Source: Candidatus Cryptobacteroides faecigallinarum
Lineage (GTDB): Bacteria; Bacteroidota; Bacteroidia; Bacteroidales; UBA932
Reading direction: 5' to 3'
Assembly (NCBI GenBank): GCA_017695015.1
Contig: JADIMD010000023.1
Span: 8,670-72,669 of the forward strand
Length of the DNA stretch: 64,000 nt
The position numbers and the translations under genes are program-made. Below, piece by piece: positions 30,644 to 40,976 of this stretch (its first letter is position 1; the number at the start of each line of letters is the position of its first letter). The notes under the pieces are model-generated. The model was not told the origin of the DNA. It was given only the letters and a program-made list of their open reading frames with translations, and did no database searches.

Positions 30644-30746
30644 AAAAATACCGGTAAATCCTTGTCCAGAGGTTGCAGATTGAATTAATTTTACTATTTT
30701 TGGACCTGCCTTTAATGCCTCTGTATGAGAATTTATCGGTATTTTT
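30644..30746. repeat. 29 bp imperfect inverted repeat enclosing a promoter motif
   Basis: aaaaataccggtaaatccttgtccagagg (30644-30672) vs cctctgtatgagaatttatcggtattttt (30718-30746), 24/29 complementary. Confidence 0.75.
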
Positions 30747-30770
30747 ATGAATTTGATTATATATTGTAAC

Positions 30771-30778
30771 TATATTTG
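30771..30778 (+). promoter_or_regulatory. -7 promoter element for the island operon
   Basis: TATATTTG(CG) 9 bp before ATG 30788; second candidate GTTG-N19-TATTTTTG at 30672-30702. Confidence 0.55.
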
Positions 30779-30787
30779 CGTGTATTT

Positions 30788-32080
30788 ATGAGAATGTTTA
30801 CAAGATTGACCTGTCTCTGCTTGTGTATCGTCATCGCGGCATCGATGGTGTCCTGCACGACCGGTCAGGGGGGGCACACTTCAGCCGGACTGTCCATTTC
30901 ACTGACCTCTGACAAGGATGCCATATTCGCCGACGGGGCAGATGCAGTCACCTTTACCGTCATCGACAATTCTTCCAGAGAGGATGTCACATCCGCATCG
31001 GTAATCTATATGCTGTCGGAGGACGGTTCTTCTTCGCAGACATCCGCTTCATTTTCCACTGAGACTCCGGGCAGCTATACTTTCTACGCAGAATATTCGG
31101 GTGTTCGTTCTGCCGAGATTTCCATCACGGCCCACGGGGAGAATGCCGAGGGCATCACCCTGCATGTCTCCAAGAATTCCATATATAATGACGGCGGTGA
31201 CTTCACCGTAATCACCCTGACTGATGCTGACGGGAATGATGTCACGGAGCTGGGAACATTCTATGCCAATGGAGAGCAGCTTGAAGACAATCTTTTCAGC
31301 ACGACCAAAGGCTCTCTGACTCCGGTGGTGATCTCTGCTGCAATAGGCAGCATGCCGGTATCCGACACAGAGGCCGTCACCGCCACATCCAGCTATCAGT
31401 TCTCATCGAGATCCCTTCTGGAGGAGATAACCAGGACCAACTGCCAATATTGTCCGATAATGCAGCAGGTGATAGCGGAGCTTGCAACGGACAATCCGCA
31501 GATTGTCATAGCATACAATGTCCACAATACCGTATCCGATGTCTACACTGGCCATTACACTTCCGTGACCCGGAATTTCTCCACGGCATTCAGCGACTTT
31601 ATGATGCCGGCAATGTCGGACAGGTACACCGCCGCACCTAAGACATTCTTCAACAGAAGCAAGGACAATCATACTGCCTCTCCGAATCTTACACAGGAGT
31701 TCAGGGACCGGGCTCTGGGAGGTCCGAAGGATGTGGCGATAGCCTTGTGCACGGAGTCTACCGCGCAGACAGTGAGTGTAAAGGCCACGATAGGCACCAA
31801 GAAGGATTTTTCGGGCCGTATAGTGGCAGTCCTTGTGGACAACGGTCTCACCACATCGAGCAACTACCGTGTGATGAGGGCCTACTATCCTTCGGTTGAG
31901 GGGCAGCCTCAGACTTTTACCGCCGGACAGCCTGTACACTTTTCGGCTGATTTCGACCTTACACAGCTGGATGTCACAGCAGTGGAGAACTGCGAGGTGA
32001 TAGTCTTTGTCACGGATGATGCCGACGGCCAGTGCGAGACTGTGCAGGTGGCAGGCAGCAAAGAGAAGAAAGGATATTAG
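30788..32080 (+). CDS. Omp28-related lipoprotein with Ig-like domains and CXXC
   Basis: Lipobox SMVSC; IFADGADAVTFTV Ig-like repeat; LLEEITRTNCQYCP; ENCEVIVFV C-terminus. Confidence 0.75.
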   Translation: MRMFTRLTCLCLCIVIAASMVSCTTGQGGHTSAGLSISLTSDKDAIFADGADAVTFTVIDNSSREDVTSASVIYMLSEDGSSSQTSASFSTETPGSYTFYAEYSGVRSAEISITAHGENAEGITLHVSKNSIYNDGGDFTVITLTDADGNDVTELGTFYANGEQLEDNLFSTTKGSLTPVVISAAIGSMPVSDTEAVTATSSYQFSSRSLLEEITRTNCQYCPIMQQVIAELATDNPQIVIAYNVHNTVSDVYTGHYTSVTRNFSTAFSDFMMPAMSDRYTAAPKTFFNRSKDNHTASPNLTQEFRDRALGGPKDVAIALCTESTAQTVSVKATIGTKKDFSGRIVAVLVDNGLTTSSNYRVMRAYYPSVEGQPQTFTAGQPVHFSADFDLTQLDVTAVENCEVIVFVTDDADGQCETVQVAGSKEKKGY

Positions 32081-32103
32081 CCTTGATGATGAGATAGACC
32101 AGT

Positions 32104-33708
32104 ATGAAGAACTGTATTGCGGCAATACTGTGCCTGCTTGTCGTGGCATCTGCATCGGCAAGGGAAAAGAAAAGGGATCTTGGCCGGCTCAGCGGCAGCA
32201 TCGAGACATCATGGGGCGTGTATGTGGATGATCCTGCCCTTTCGACGCCTCTGACGCAGAGATATGGTACCAACACCTATGTAAACCTCGGATATACGAT
32301 AAAGGGGTTCCGGGCAGGTCTGCAGTATGACATATACGAACCGCAGATGCTCGGCTATGATTCTGAACTCAAGGGTAACGGGCTGAAAGGGTTCTATGCA
32401 GGATGGGCCGACAGCAAATGGGATGTCACCCTCGGGACATTCTACGGGCAGTTCGGCAGCGGAATGCTTTTCCGGGCGTTCGAGCAGAGAGATATGGGTA
32501 TCAACACATCTGTGCTCGGAGCCAGTGTCCGCTGGAATCCTCTCCCTTGGCTTACCGCAACTGTGATGGGAGGACTTCCGAGACGCTATATGGAGATGTT
32601 CAACCCGTCTGCCGTATACGGGGCTGATTTCGAACTCTCGCTGCTGGAGCCTTTTGTCCCAGATACCGATGCCGTGCTAATGCTCGGGGGATCGTGGCTC
32701 CTGAGGGATGACAGGACACAGGGCAGGGTAGATACGGCTCCACGGACAGTCAACTCTTTCAGCGGCAGACTCGCTTTCAGCAAGGGCTGTTTCTCTTTCG
32801 ATGGTGAATATGTCCACAAGGGCCGCTCTTACGGGCTTGACCCGAGGCTTGAGCAGTTCGCGTTCGTCCGTCCCGGTCAGGCGCTTCTGCTGAACATGGA
32901 CATTGCTCTTCCGGTATTCAGTGCCAGCATCGTATGGCGTTCAATAGAGAACATGTCTATGTGGCAGGATGATTCTCACACCACTTCAGTCAATCTCAAC
33001 TATCTGCCGTCGCTTACAAAACAGCACAAATATGCCCTTTTCCAGCTTTATCCGCATGAAGTGCACGATTTCGGAGGCGAGACAGGAGGGAGCATCGATA
33101 TGGCGGGCAGTATTCCGGTGGGCGGGAATCCGCGCAGACCATTGAGGTATTCTGTCAACGCCTCTGTCTTCTGGGACATGGAATACGGGCCTGACGGATA
33201 CAGGTTTATGGGCACCGGTGGCGGACTGCTCTGGGCTGAGGCCTATCTGGAGCTGGAGAAGAAGTGGGGACCGGACTGGAAGACAGTTGTGGCCGCAGGC
33301 TGGCAGCGCAAGCCGGAGGTCAGCCGTCTCGGCTACGGGGAGATGATGATGAACACGGTTTCTGCGGCAGCGGATGTGCTGTGGCAGATTTCTTCCCGAT
33401 ATTCCCTCAGAATGGAGGTTCAGCATGCATGGAGCGATTTCGTGGATGACCAGGGCTGGATGATGGGAATGATTGAGTTCGGTATCGCCCCGGGTTTCAT
33501 GTTCTATGTCAGCGATATGCTTAATTACAGGACAAATGCCTTGTCCAACACACATTACTACGATGCTGGAGTGAGCTATGCATGGAAGTTCCTCCGCGCA
33601 TCGGTCTCATACGGCAGACACCGTGCGGGAGAGACCTGCTCCGGAGGAATATGCAGGTATGTGCCCGAATACACGGGAGTTAATGCCAGACTTTCGATAA
33701 TACTTTAA
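32104..33708 (+). CDS. DUF6029-like outer-membrane beta-barrel protein
   Basis: Signal peptide, GTFYGQFGSGMLFRAFEQR, NYLPSLTKQHKY, C-terminal G.HRAG..CSGGICRYVP. Confidence 0.75.
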   Translation: MKNCIAAILCLLVVASASAREKKRDLGRLSGSIETSWGVYVDDPALSTPLTQRYGTNTYVNLGYTIKGFRAGLQYDIYEPQMLGYDSELKGNGLKGFYAGWADSKWDVTLGTFYGQFGSGMLFRAFEQRDMGINTSVLGASVRWNPLPWLTATVMGGLPRRYMEMFNPSAVYGADFELSLLEPFVPDTDAVLMLGGSWLLRDDRTQGRVDTAPRTVNSFSGRLAFSKGCFSFDGEYVHKGRSYGLDPRLEQFAFVRPGQALLLNMDIALPVFSASIVWRSIENMSMWQDDSHTTSVNLNYLPSLTKQHKYALFQLYPHEVHDFGGETGGSIDMAGSIPVGGNPRRPLRYSVNASVFWDMEYGPDGYRFMGTGGGLLWAEAYLELEKKWGPDWKTVVAAGWQRKPEVSRLGYGEMMMNTVSAAADVLWQISSRYSLRMEVQHAWSDFVDDQGWMMGMIEFGIAPGFMFYVSDMLNYRTNALSNTHYYDAGVSYAWKFLRASVSYGRHRAGETCSGGICRYVPEYTGVNARLSIIL

Positions 33709-33730
33709 TAATCTTAATACTATCAAGCGC

Positions 33731-36259
33731 ATGAAAAAATTATCTTTTGTTGGATGGTTCCTTGCGGCATCTTCTGTGGTGCTCGCGCTCGGATCGTGTC
33801 AGGAAGAACAGCTTCCTGCTACCATCTCCGGTCTTCCGGATGGGGACATTACTTTCCTGTGGAATGACACCGGGAGCAAGACTGTCTCTATTGAGTCCAA
33901 CTATGACTGGACTTTCGAGGAGGAGGATGAACATGATATCATCGAGGTTACAAGAACACAGGGCACAAACGACCTTGTGATCAAACCTGACATCAACTAC
34001 GACCGCAAGGCATATACCGCCTCCATCAGGATTACGGCAGGTTCCGGTTCTGCTGCGGCAGAGAGGGTCATCACGGTGTCTCAGGGCGCGAATTCGGATA
34101 CTTACCTGAATTTCCTCGATGCCGATCTTGCCGGACAGGACAATCCTATCATTATGTTCGAGTCCAGACCTGACGGAGAGCCTACTGTCAAGGAGATCCT
34201 TATTTCGACCAACAATGTCCTGTCCGTGGAAGTGTCTGCCGACCAGAATGTGACCATTCCCGGAACAGAGGAGCCATCGGAGCCTGAAGAAGATGAGGAG
34301 ACAGGAGAGACCCAGGCAGCTCCCGGGACCAAGGTAGATATTCCGGGATACGGCTGGATGTCATACAAGATATCTTCGAGACAGACCGAGGAGGGGCCGG
34401 TCACGGTGCTTGCCCTGACCTGTCAGATGAACGAGAGCCCTACGGAAAGCCTTGCCCTGGCCATTGATGTTGTGAGCGGGAACGAGGATATAGACAACAC
34501 CATAGAGACCAAAAGGATAGGTCTGGTGTCCATGCCGTCGACCCCCGCGATTGTGGTGAATCCGCAGGAGGGTCTGACTTTCGCCTATAATGACGATAAG
34601 CCACAGACATTCTCCGTGGCTGCCAATGTGGAGTACGATGACCTTACCGAGACCGAGAACGCCACATACCACTGGTTCACCAAATCCGGGTCCTGGGATA
34701 GCGGATATCCGGTAGTGACCCTTGCAGAGGATAACGGCAATGTCAAGGTCTATTCTGTGACTGTGCCTGCGAACTATGCGGCAGAGGACAGGCAGGTGTC
34801 CCTGTCTTTCCGGCAGAGGAATGAGGGCGAAGGCCTGGATCCGGTATATGCCGAAGTTATCTTCACCCAGACCGCTGCTCCACAGGCATCGGTATCTCTC
34901 AATGAGACAGTGTTGATAATCAACAGTGACAGGCAGAATGCCACATTGACCGTCGAGACATCCATACCTGAACTCACGGCTGTCGAGTGTCTGGATGACA
35001 GCGGAGAAAAGGCTGCCTGGTTCCAGGCGGAGTACAATGCTCTCATCAACCAGATTGTGATAGAATTCTACCCTGCCGGGGAGGAGGAGCGTAACGGTAC
35101 CCTTACCGTGAATGTCGGTACAGGTATGAATAAGGCTTCCGCATCTGTGGATATCATCCAGCTCTCGACCCAGCCTTCTCTTATGCTCAACCCGGCCTCT
35201 GTCCAGCTCAATCAGGCGGGAGACCCTGTGACAGTGAGCGTTATCACCAACCAGGACAGCTGGAGCATCGACAGCTCGGTATCATCTGATTTCTCCATCG
35301 TAGAGGATCATGAGGCCAATACCATCACCATTTCCGGGACAGAGGTGACTTCCGGTGAGAGGACTGCCACCTATACTGTCACTGCAGGAGAAAAGACAGC
35401 CCAACTTGCAGTCTCACAGACGGTGGCATACAAGCTTGGTGACCCGTATGTGGTGAACGGCAAGACCGTGGGTATCGTCTATGAGGTGGATGCCGACGGT
35501 ATGCACGGGAAGGCTTTCAGCCTGACGGTGGACAATATGAACGAAAGGGTGTTTTTCGCAGAGGCCGGCTGGCTGGAACCGGATTTTGTGGCAGGTATCG
35601 CAGAGAATGCTCTTCCTCTGAGTATGACAGATGGGCAGGACAACTGCGAAAGAATGAAGAATGAACCTGGCTGGTCAGAGAAGTTCCAGCTCCTGAAATG
35701 GGTAGAGGATCTCGGGGACGAGCAGGGAGTGGACTGGTATATCCCATCTATTGAAGAGCTCAAGGATCTCCTGGAATATATGAGCGGCGCCTCTTTCAAG
35801 ACTGTGCAGTATGAAATCTCTGATACAGATGGCAATAAATGGACATACGACCTGGATGCGATAGACATTGACGAATCGGCGACGGTAGAGGTTTCCTGGA
35901 ATAGAATCCGCGGTCTGTACAGCACCTATACCAGACCGGGTTCAGGCTATGACGAGGAACAGTATGTCGTGTTCGAGCCGTACACCGGATCTGATCCCGG
36001 AGATCACCGTCATCTTGTCGGAGATCCGTATTTGGAGAAAGGCGACAATAATGCTTACAGATGGATATCTTCTACTGTCATAACCAATTCATACAGCACA
36101 TATGTCTATTATGTAGGAATGGAGGATGCTACGACAGGATATCCATATCCGACAGTGAGGGACAATATCAATGCGATATCGGATACCGGAGATGGCATCT
36201 CTTTGCCTATTGACTATGATGCCAATACAGGAAGTGTCCACCCTATCTGCCGCTTCTGA
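33731..36259 (+). CDS. BACON-repeat lipoprotein with DUF1566-like C-terminal domain
   Basis: Lipobox ALGSC; repeated W...N...R.A.I.I...V.Q modules; YKLGD, GIVYEV, DWYIPSIEEL, final ICRF. Confidence 0.7.
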   Translation: MKKLSFVGWFLAASSVVLALGSCQEEQLPATISGLPDGDITFLWNDTGSKTVSIESNYDWTFEEEDEHDIIEVTRTQGTNDLVIKPDINYDRKAYTASIRITAGSGSAAAERVITVSQGANSDTYLNFLDADLAGQDNPIIMFESRPDGEPTVKEILISTNNVLSVEVSADQNVTIPGTEEPSEPEEDEETGETQAAPGTKVDIPGYGWMSYKISSRQTEEGPVTVLALTCQMNESPTESLALAIDVVSGNEDIDNTIETKRIGLVSMPSTPAIVVNPQEGLTFAYNDDKPQTFSVAANVEYDDLTETENATYHWFTKSGSWDSGYPVVTLAEDNGNVKVYSVTVPANYAAEDRQVSLSFRQRNEGEGLDPVYAEVIFTQTAAPQASVSLNETVLIINSDRQNATLTVETSIPELTAVECLDDSGEKAAWFQAEYNALINQIVIEFYPAGEEERNGTLTVNVGTGMNKASASVDIIQLSTQPSLMLNPASVQLNQAGDPVTVSVITNQDSWSIDSSVSSDFSIVEDHEANTITISGTEVTSGERTATYTVTAGEKTAQLAVSQTVAYKLGDPYVVNGKTVGIVYEVDADGMHGKAFSLTVDNMNERVFFAEAGWLEPDFVAGIAENALPLSMTDGQDNCERMKNEPGWSEKFQLLKWVEDLGDEQGVDWYIPSIEELKDLLEYMSGASFKTVQYEISDTDGNKWTYDLDAIDIDESATVEVSWNRIRGLYSTYTRPGSGYDEEQYVVFEPYTGSDPGDHRHLVGDPYLEKGDNNAYRWISSTVITNSYSTYVYYVGMEDATTGYPYPTVRDNINAISDTGDGISLPIDYDANTGSVHPICRF

Positions 36260-36269
36260 TTTTTAATGA

Positions 36270-36325
36270 TATGTCCGCAGCCTTTCGGCCGGCCTGTGTG
36301 TCCGACAGGGGGGACTGCGGGCATA
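36270..36325. other. Intergenic stem-loop before second susC
   Basis: tatgtccgcag...ctgcgggcata outer stem, no U-tract. Confidence 0.5.
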
Positions 36326-36377
36326 ATTGTGTGAAACCGGCAAATTGATCAGACAGGATTTGCCAAATTGACATTAG

Positions 36378-39300
36378 ATGATGGTTAAGAAATTGATTGT
36401 AACCCTTATAGGGTGTCTAATCCCTTTGACCTCCATATTCGCGCAGACCGGTAAGGTGACTGTGACCGGAGTCGTCATCGATGAGGACAGCGTCCCTGTG
36501 GCGGGAGCCGGTATTGTCCTCAAGGGCACCACCATCGGTACATTTACGGATGCTGACGGAAACTTCACTCTCGAGACAGACAATGTGCCGGACATGACTC
36601 TCGAGTTCTCGTTCATAGGAATGAAGACACAGGAGGTCAAGGTAAGCCCCCGCCACGGGAAGGCGAAGCTCGAGATTGTGATGGAGATGGACCAGAACGA
36701 ACTGGACCAGGTGGTTGTGACGGGTATCTTCAACAGGGACCTGGAAAGTTATACCGGTTCGGTGGTGACGATGAAAGGAGAGGACATAAAGAAAGTCTCC
36801 TCGACCAATATCGCAAAGGCTATCAGCGCAATAGACCCGAGTTTCCGCGTGATGGACAACTTCGAGATGGGGTCTGACCCTAACAGGCTGCCCGACATGC
36901 GTATGCGAGGGACATCGACCCTTCCGGGGGGAGCCGGGGCCAGCGGGGATCTCGTGTCTCTTCAGGGAGAGTACGATACCTATCCGAACCAGCCTCTGCT
37001 GATGCTGGATGGTTTCGAGATTGATGTGCAGACAATGGCCGACCTCGACCCTGACAGGATTGCCTCCATAACAATCCTGAAGGATGCTTCGGCTACGGCC
37101 ATCTATGGTTCCAAGGCTTCCAACGGTGTCATCGTCATCGAGACCCTGGCTCCGCGCCCGGGAGCCATCAACGTGACCTACAGCGGCAATGTCCGCGTGG
37201 AGATTCCGGACCTCACCTCCTACAACCTGATGAATTCCGAGGAAAAGATAGAGGCGGAATGGAGGGCAGGTCTCTATTCCCAGACCGACCTCGCTTCCTT
37301 GAGGGACTACCAGTCCCGTCTCAGGGAGGTCCGCAGGGGTGTAGATACCTACTGGCTGTCTCAGCCTCTGCGCACTTCCGTGCAGCACCGCCATGCGGTC
37401 ACTCTCGAAGGAGGTTCCCAGGCCCTGAGATACAAGCTGTATGCAGGACTCAACGAGACTCCCGGTGTGATGAAAGGTTCCAAGAGGAGTACCCAGACCG
37501 CGTCCCTGGACCTCAGCTACCGTTTCAACAAGTTCCTCCTGAAGAACAGCGTCACGGTTGACAATGCAGTGGGGACTGACAGTCCATACGGTTCGTTCAG
37601 CCAGTATGCCTTGCTCAACCCGTATCTGCGCCCCTATGATGAGAACAGGAATGTCAACAAGATAATGCAGACATGGAACATGCTCTATGCAGGAGATTCC
37701 GGGACATACGAGGTGGCCAACCCTATGTACAATGCCACTTTCCACAGCCTTGACCGTGATACGAGTTTCTCCATCAGGGAGCTTTTCAAGCTCGAGTACC
37801 GTCCTGCGCCGGCTTGGATTCTCCAGGCCAATGTCTCCCTGAGCAAGAGCGTGAGCAAGGATGAGGTGTTCCGGCCTGCCTACCATACGGCTTTCAACGA
37901 TGTGACCGACCCGAGCCTCAAGGGAGACTTCTCCCGCGACCAGTCAGAGTCGTTCAACTATGCCATAGACTTTACCGCCATGTTCAACAAGGTGTTCGCT
38001 GAAAAGCATTTTGTCACTGCCAACTTCCGCTATTCGATACAGCAGGACCAGAGCGAGACCTACGGCGCTCTCGTGACAGGTTTTCCAAACGACTCTATGG
38101 ACCATATCCTTTTCGGGCAGAAATATTCCGAGAACATGACGGGTACAGAGAACACTTCCAGGAGCATCGGAGCAGTCCTTACGGCGGGATATTCCTATAT
38201 GTACCGATATTCCTTCGATGCCAATATCAGGGTGGACGGATCGTCGCAGTTCGGCCGGGACAACCGTTTCGCCCCGTTCTGGTCGGTAGGATTCAAGTGG
38301 GATGTCAAGAACGAACAGTTTATGAAGAGCGTGGACTGGCTGGATGACCTTGTCCTTGCCACATCGTACGGTATCACGGGTACTCAGGGCTTTGCCCCTT
38401 ACCAGTCCCGTCAGGTCTATTCATATTCCGACCTGATGAAATACTATCTCTCTTCCGACGCCACCGGTATCGAGCTCGTGGCCCTCGGAAACAACCAGCT
38501 TAAATGGCAGCAGACAGCCACCTGGAACACCAGACTGGAGCTGTCCCTTCTCAAGGGCCGCATCACCGCCAGGGCAGAATACTATATCAAGAACACGGAA
38601 AACTCCCTGACCCAGGTGACTCTCGCCCCGTCCATCGGCTTTACTTCCTATCCATCCAATATGGGTACCCTGCAGAACCAGGGTGTGGAGCTGAACCTTG
38701 CGTTCATCCCGTACAGGAACGAAGCCAAGGAGGCCTACTGGGTAATTTCCATAAACGGGTCACACAATACCAACAAGCTCCTCAAGATATCCGAGGCCCT
38801 TGCCAAGATGAACGAGACCAATGCCAATGCGGATTCCGTCACCCCTCTGCCGCGATATGTGGAGGATATGTCCACTACTGCCATCTGGGCTGTAAGGTCC
38901 CTCGGCATCGACCCTGCTACGGGAGATGAGATTCTTCTGAAGAGGGATGGCACCGTGACCAGCAAATACGATGTGGTGGATGCCGTCGTATGCGGGGACA
39001 CGGAGCCGAAATGGCAGGGTAACATCAATACATCGTTCAACTATATGGGCTTCGGGATCAACCTTGGCTTTATGTACCGTTTCGGCGGGCAGATGTACAA
39101 TTCCACCCTCGTGAGCAAGGTGGAGAACGCAGACCTCAGGTACAATGCAGACAGGAGGGTGCTCTATGAGAGATGGACCCAGCCGGGTGATGTCGCCCAG
39201 TACAAGAGGCTGACCAATTCGGCCAACGGTGCGAATACGCAGCAGACATCGCGTTTCGTGATGAACGAGAACCTGTTCCAGTTCAGCTCCCTTTCCATTT

Positions 39301-39473
39301 CCTACAGGATGGAGAAGAACGCATATCCGTTCCTGCAGAAGCTGCGCATCTCATCCATGAAATGGTCCCTGAATGTCGAGGATATCTTCTACCTCTCTTC
39401 CATCAAGAGGGAAAGAGGTACCGACTATCCGTTCTCTCGGCAGTTCGCCCTTTCGCTCAATCTTGTGTTTTAA
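36378..39473 (+). CDS. susC: SusC/RagA-like TonB-dependent transporter
   Basis: LDQVVVTG, ITILKDASATAIYGSKASNGVIVIET, ERGTDYPF, C-terminal F. Confidence 0.95.
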   Translation: MMVKKLIVTLIGCLIPLTSIFAQTGKVTVTGVVIDEDSVPVAGAGIVLKGTTIGTFTDADGNFTLETDNVPDMTLEFSFIGMKTQEVKVSPRHGKAKLEIVMEMDQNELDQVVVTGIFNRDLESYTGSVVTMKGEDIKKVSSTNIAKAISAIDPSFRVMDNFEMGSDPNRLPDMRMRGTSTLPGGAGASGDLVSLQGEYDTYPNQPLLMLDGFEIDVQTMADLDPDRIASITILKDASATAIYGSKASNGVIVIETLAPRPGAINVTYSGNVRVEIPDLTSYNLMNSEEKIEAEWRAGLYSQTDLASLRDYQSRLREVRRGVDTYWLSQPLRTSVQHRHAVTLEGGSQALRYKLYAGLNETPGVMKGSKRSTQTASLDLSYRFNKFLLKNSVTVDNAVGTDSPYGSFSQYALLNPYLRPYDENRNVNKIMQTWNMLYAGDSGTYEVANPMYNATFHSLDRDTSFSIRELFKLEYRPAPAWILQANVSLSKSVSKDEVFRPAYHTAFNDVTDPSLKGDFSRDQSESFNYAIDFTAMFNKVFAEKHFVTANFRYSIQQDQSETYGALVTGFPNDSMDHILFGQKYSENMTGTENTSRSIGAVLTAGYSYMYRYSFDANIRVDGSSQFGRDNRFAPFWSVGFKWDVKNEQFMKSVDWLDDLVLATSYGITGTQGFAPYQSRQVYSYSDLMKYYLSSDATGIELVALGNNQLKWQQTATWNTRLELSLLKGRITARAEYYIKNTENSLTQVTLAPSIGFTSYPSNMGTLQNQGVELNLAFIPYRNEAKEAYWVISINGSHNTNKLLKISEALAKMNETNANADSVTPLPRYVEDMSTTAIWAVRSLGIDPATGDEILLKRDGTVTSKYDVVDAVVCGDTEPKWQGNINTSFNYMGFGINLGFMYRFGGQMYNSTLVSKVENADLRYNADRRVLYERWTQPGDVAQYKRLTNSANGANTQQTSRFVMNENLFQFSSLSISYRMEKNAYPFLQKLRISSMKWSLNVEDIFYLSSIKRERGTDYPFSRQFALSLNLVF

Positions 39474-39484
39474 GGTAAGGAGGT

Positions 39485-40975
39485 ATGATTATGAGAAAGA
39501 TATTTACAGCGATATTGTTCCTGCCGTTCCTGCTTCTCGCATCCTGCGCGGAATGGCTTGATGTGCAGCCGAAGACCTCCGTGGAGGAGGAGGATCTCTT
39601 CTCTTCGGAGTACGGGTTCAAGGATGCATTGACTGGTTTCTATATCAAGATGGGGAAGACTGACCTTTACGGCCAGGCCATGACCTACTATTATCTGGAT
39701 ATGCTTGCAGGCCGGTACAATAATGATCCCGAGGGGATACTTGACACATCTCCATCTACAGTGTATGCATACGATGGTACATACGAGGGTACGGTCATCA
39801 ACATCTACTCTTCCCTGTACAATGTGATAGCGAACATCAACAATTTCCTGAAGTTCGTGGACCAGAACAGGTCCGTGATACATACCGAAAACTATTACGA
39901 GACAATGAAGGGTGAGGCTCTCGGCCTGAGGGCTTTCCTGCATTTCGACCTGCTCCGCCTCTATGGGCCTGTCTACAAGGACAATCCTGAAGGTGCGGCT
40001 GTTCCTTACAGGACCAAGTTCGACAATATAGCCACTCCGATTCTTCCTGCATCAGAGGTGCTCGACCTTGTCATCAAGGACCTGCTTGAGGCAGAGGAGC
40101 TTCTCGAAGGGCATGACAGCGAGATATTCAATTATGATGATTCCGCCGACCCTTTCACCGAGATGAGGCAGATGAGGATGAATGTGTGGGCTGTCCGTGC
40201 CATGCTTGCAAGGGCATATTGCTACAAGGGAGATTCGGAAAGCAAGGCTCTTGCCCTGCAGTATGCCAGGAGCGTAATCGATTGCGGACATTTCACCCTT
40301 GCCGGGACTGATGACTATGCGGCCACGCCCATCACTCCGACAGAGCAGATATTCGCTCTCTACATAGATGACTATTACCAGATAATAGACCAGGTATTCA
40401 CCAACGTGAGCTATTCCAATTCGCTCGCTGCATACCAGACAAATGTGACGCAGTGGTATGAGGTGGCTTCGGATGCCCGCTACAGGAATTTCTCCGCACC
40501 CCAGGGGACGGCTGTTGGCCAGCCTCTGCTCAAGTGCAACAAGTATATATTTACAGGCTCGGCATACACCGAGGGGCGCGGCAACTACAACGGTCTCGAC
40601 TCCCAGCCTCTTATCAGGCTTCCTGAGATGTACTATATAGCTGCGGAATGCACTCCGGATGTGGATGAGGCGGCATCTTATCTCGATGAGGTGATTGCCC
40701 TTAGGTCAGGAAGGTACAATGCGACCTTTACCACCGGCTTCGATGAGACAGACACCCGCCAGATTTTCGGGGTGATGACCGGGCAGACAGTCCGGACCAA
40801 CGAACTGATGAAGGAATATCTGAAAGAGTTCTATGGCGAGGGCCAGCTGTTCTTCTTCTACAAGAGGTTCGGGTTCACCGCCTTCCCTAACTGCCCTGCG
40901 GGAGACACCATGCCTCTGGCAAATTACCAGATGCCTCTCCCGGATGATGAATATACATACGGAAACCATAACTGA
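39485..40975 (+). CDS. susD: SusD/RagB-like lipoprotein
   Basis: LLASCAEWLDVQP, GEALGLRAFLHFDLLRLYG, IRLPEMYYIAAE, KEFYGEGQLFFFYKR. Confidence 0.93.
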   Translation: MIMRKIFTAILFLPFLLLASCAEWLDVQPKTSVEEEDLFSSEYGFKDALTGFYIKMGKTDLYGQAMTYYYLDMLAGRYNNDPEGILDTSPSTVYAYDGTYEGTVINIYSSLYNVIANINNFLKFVDQNRSVIHTENYYETMKGEALGLRAFLHFDLLRLYGPVYKDNPEGAAVPYRTKFDNIATPILPASEVLDLVIKDLLEAEELLEGHDSEIFNYDDSADPFTEMRQMRMNVWAVRAMLARAYCYKGDSESKALALQYARSVIDCGHFTLAGTDDYAATPITPTEQIFALYIDDYYQIIDQVFTNVSYSNSLAAYQTNVTQWYEVASDARYRNFSAPQGTAVGQPLLKCNKYIFTGSAYTEGRGNYNGLDSQPLIRLPEMYYIAAECTPDVDEAASYLDEVIALRSGRYNATFTTGFDETDTRQIFGVMTGQTVRTNELMKEYLKEFYGEGQLFFFYKRFGFTAFPNCPAGDTMPLANYQMPLPDDEYTYGNHN

Positions 40976-40976
40976 T

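Noticed and set aside
36417-37886. Long antisense ORFs (also 1669-2490, 43555-44682, 54890-56104, 60986-61942)
   Set aside because: Shadows of strongly codon-biased sense genes, no recognisable domains
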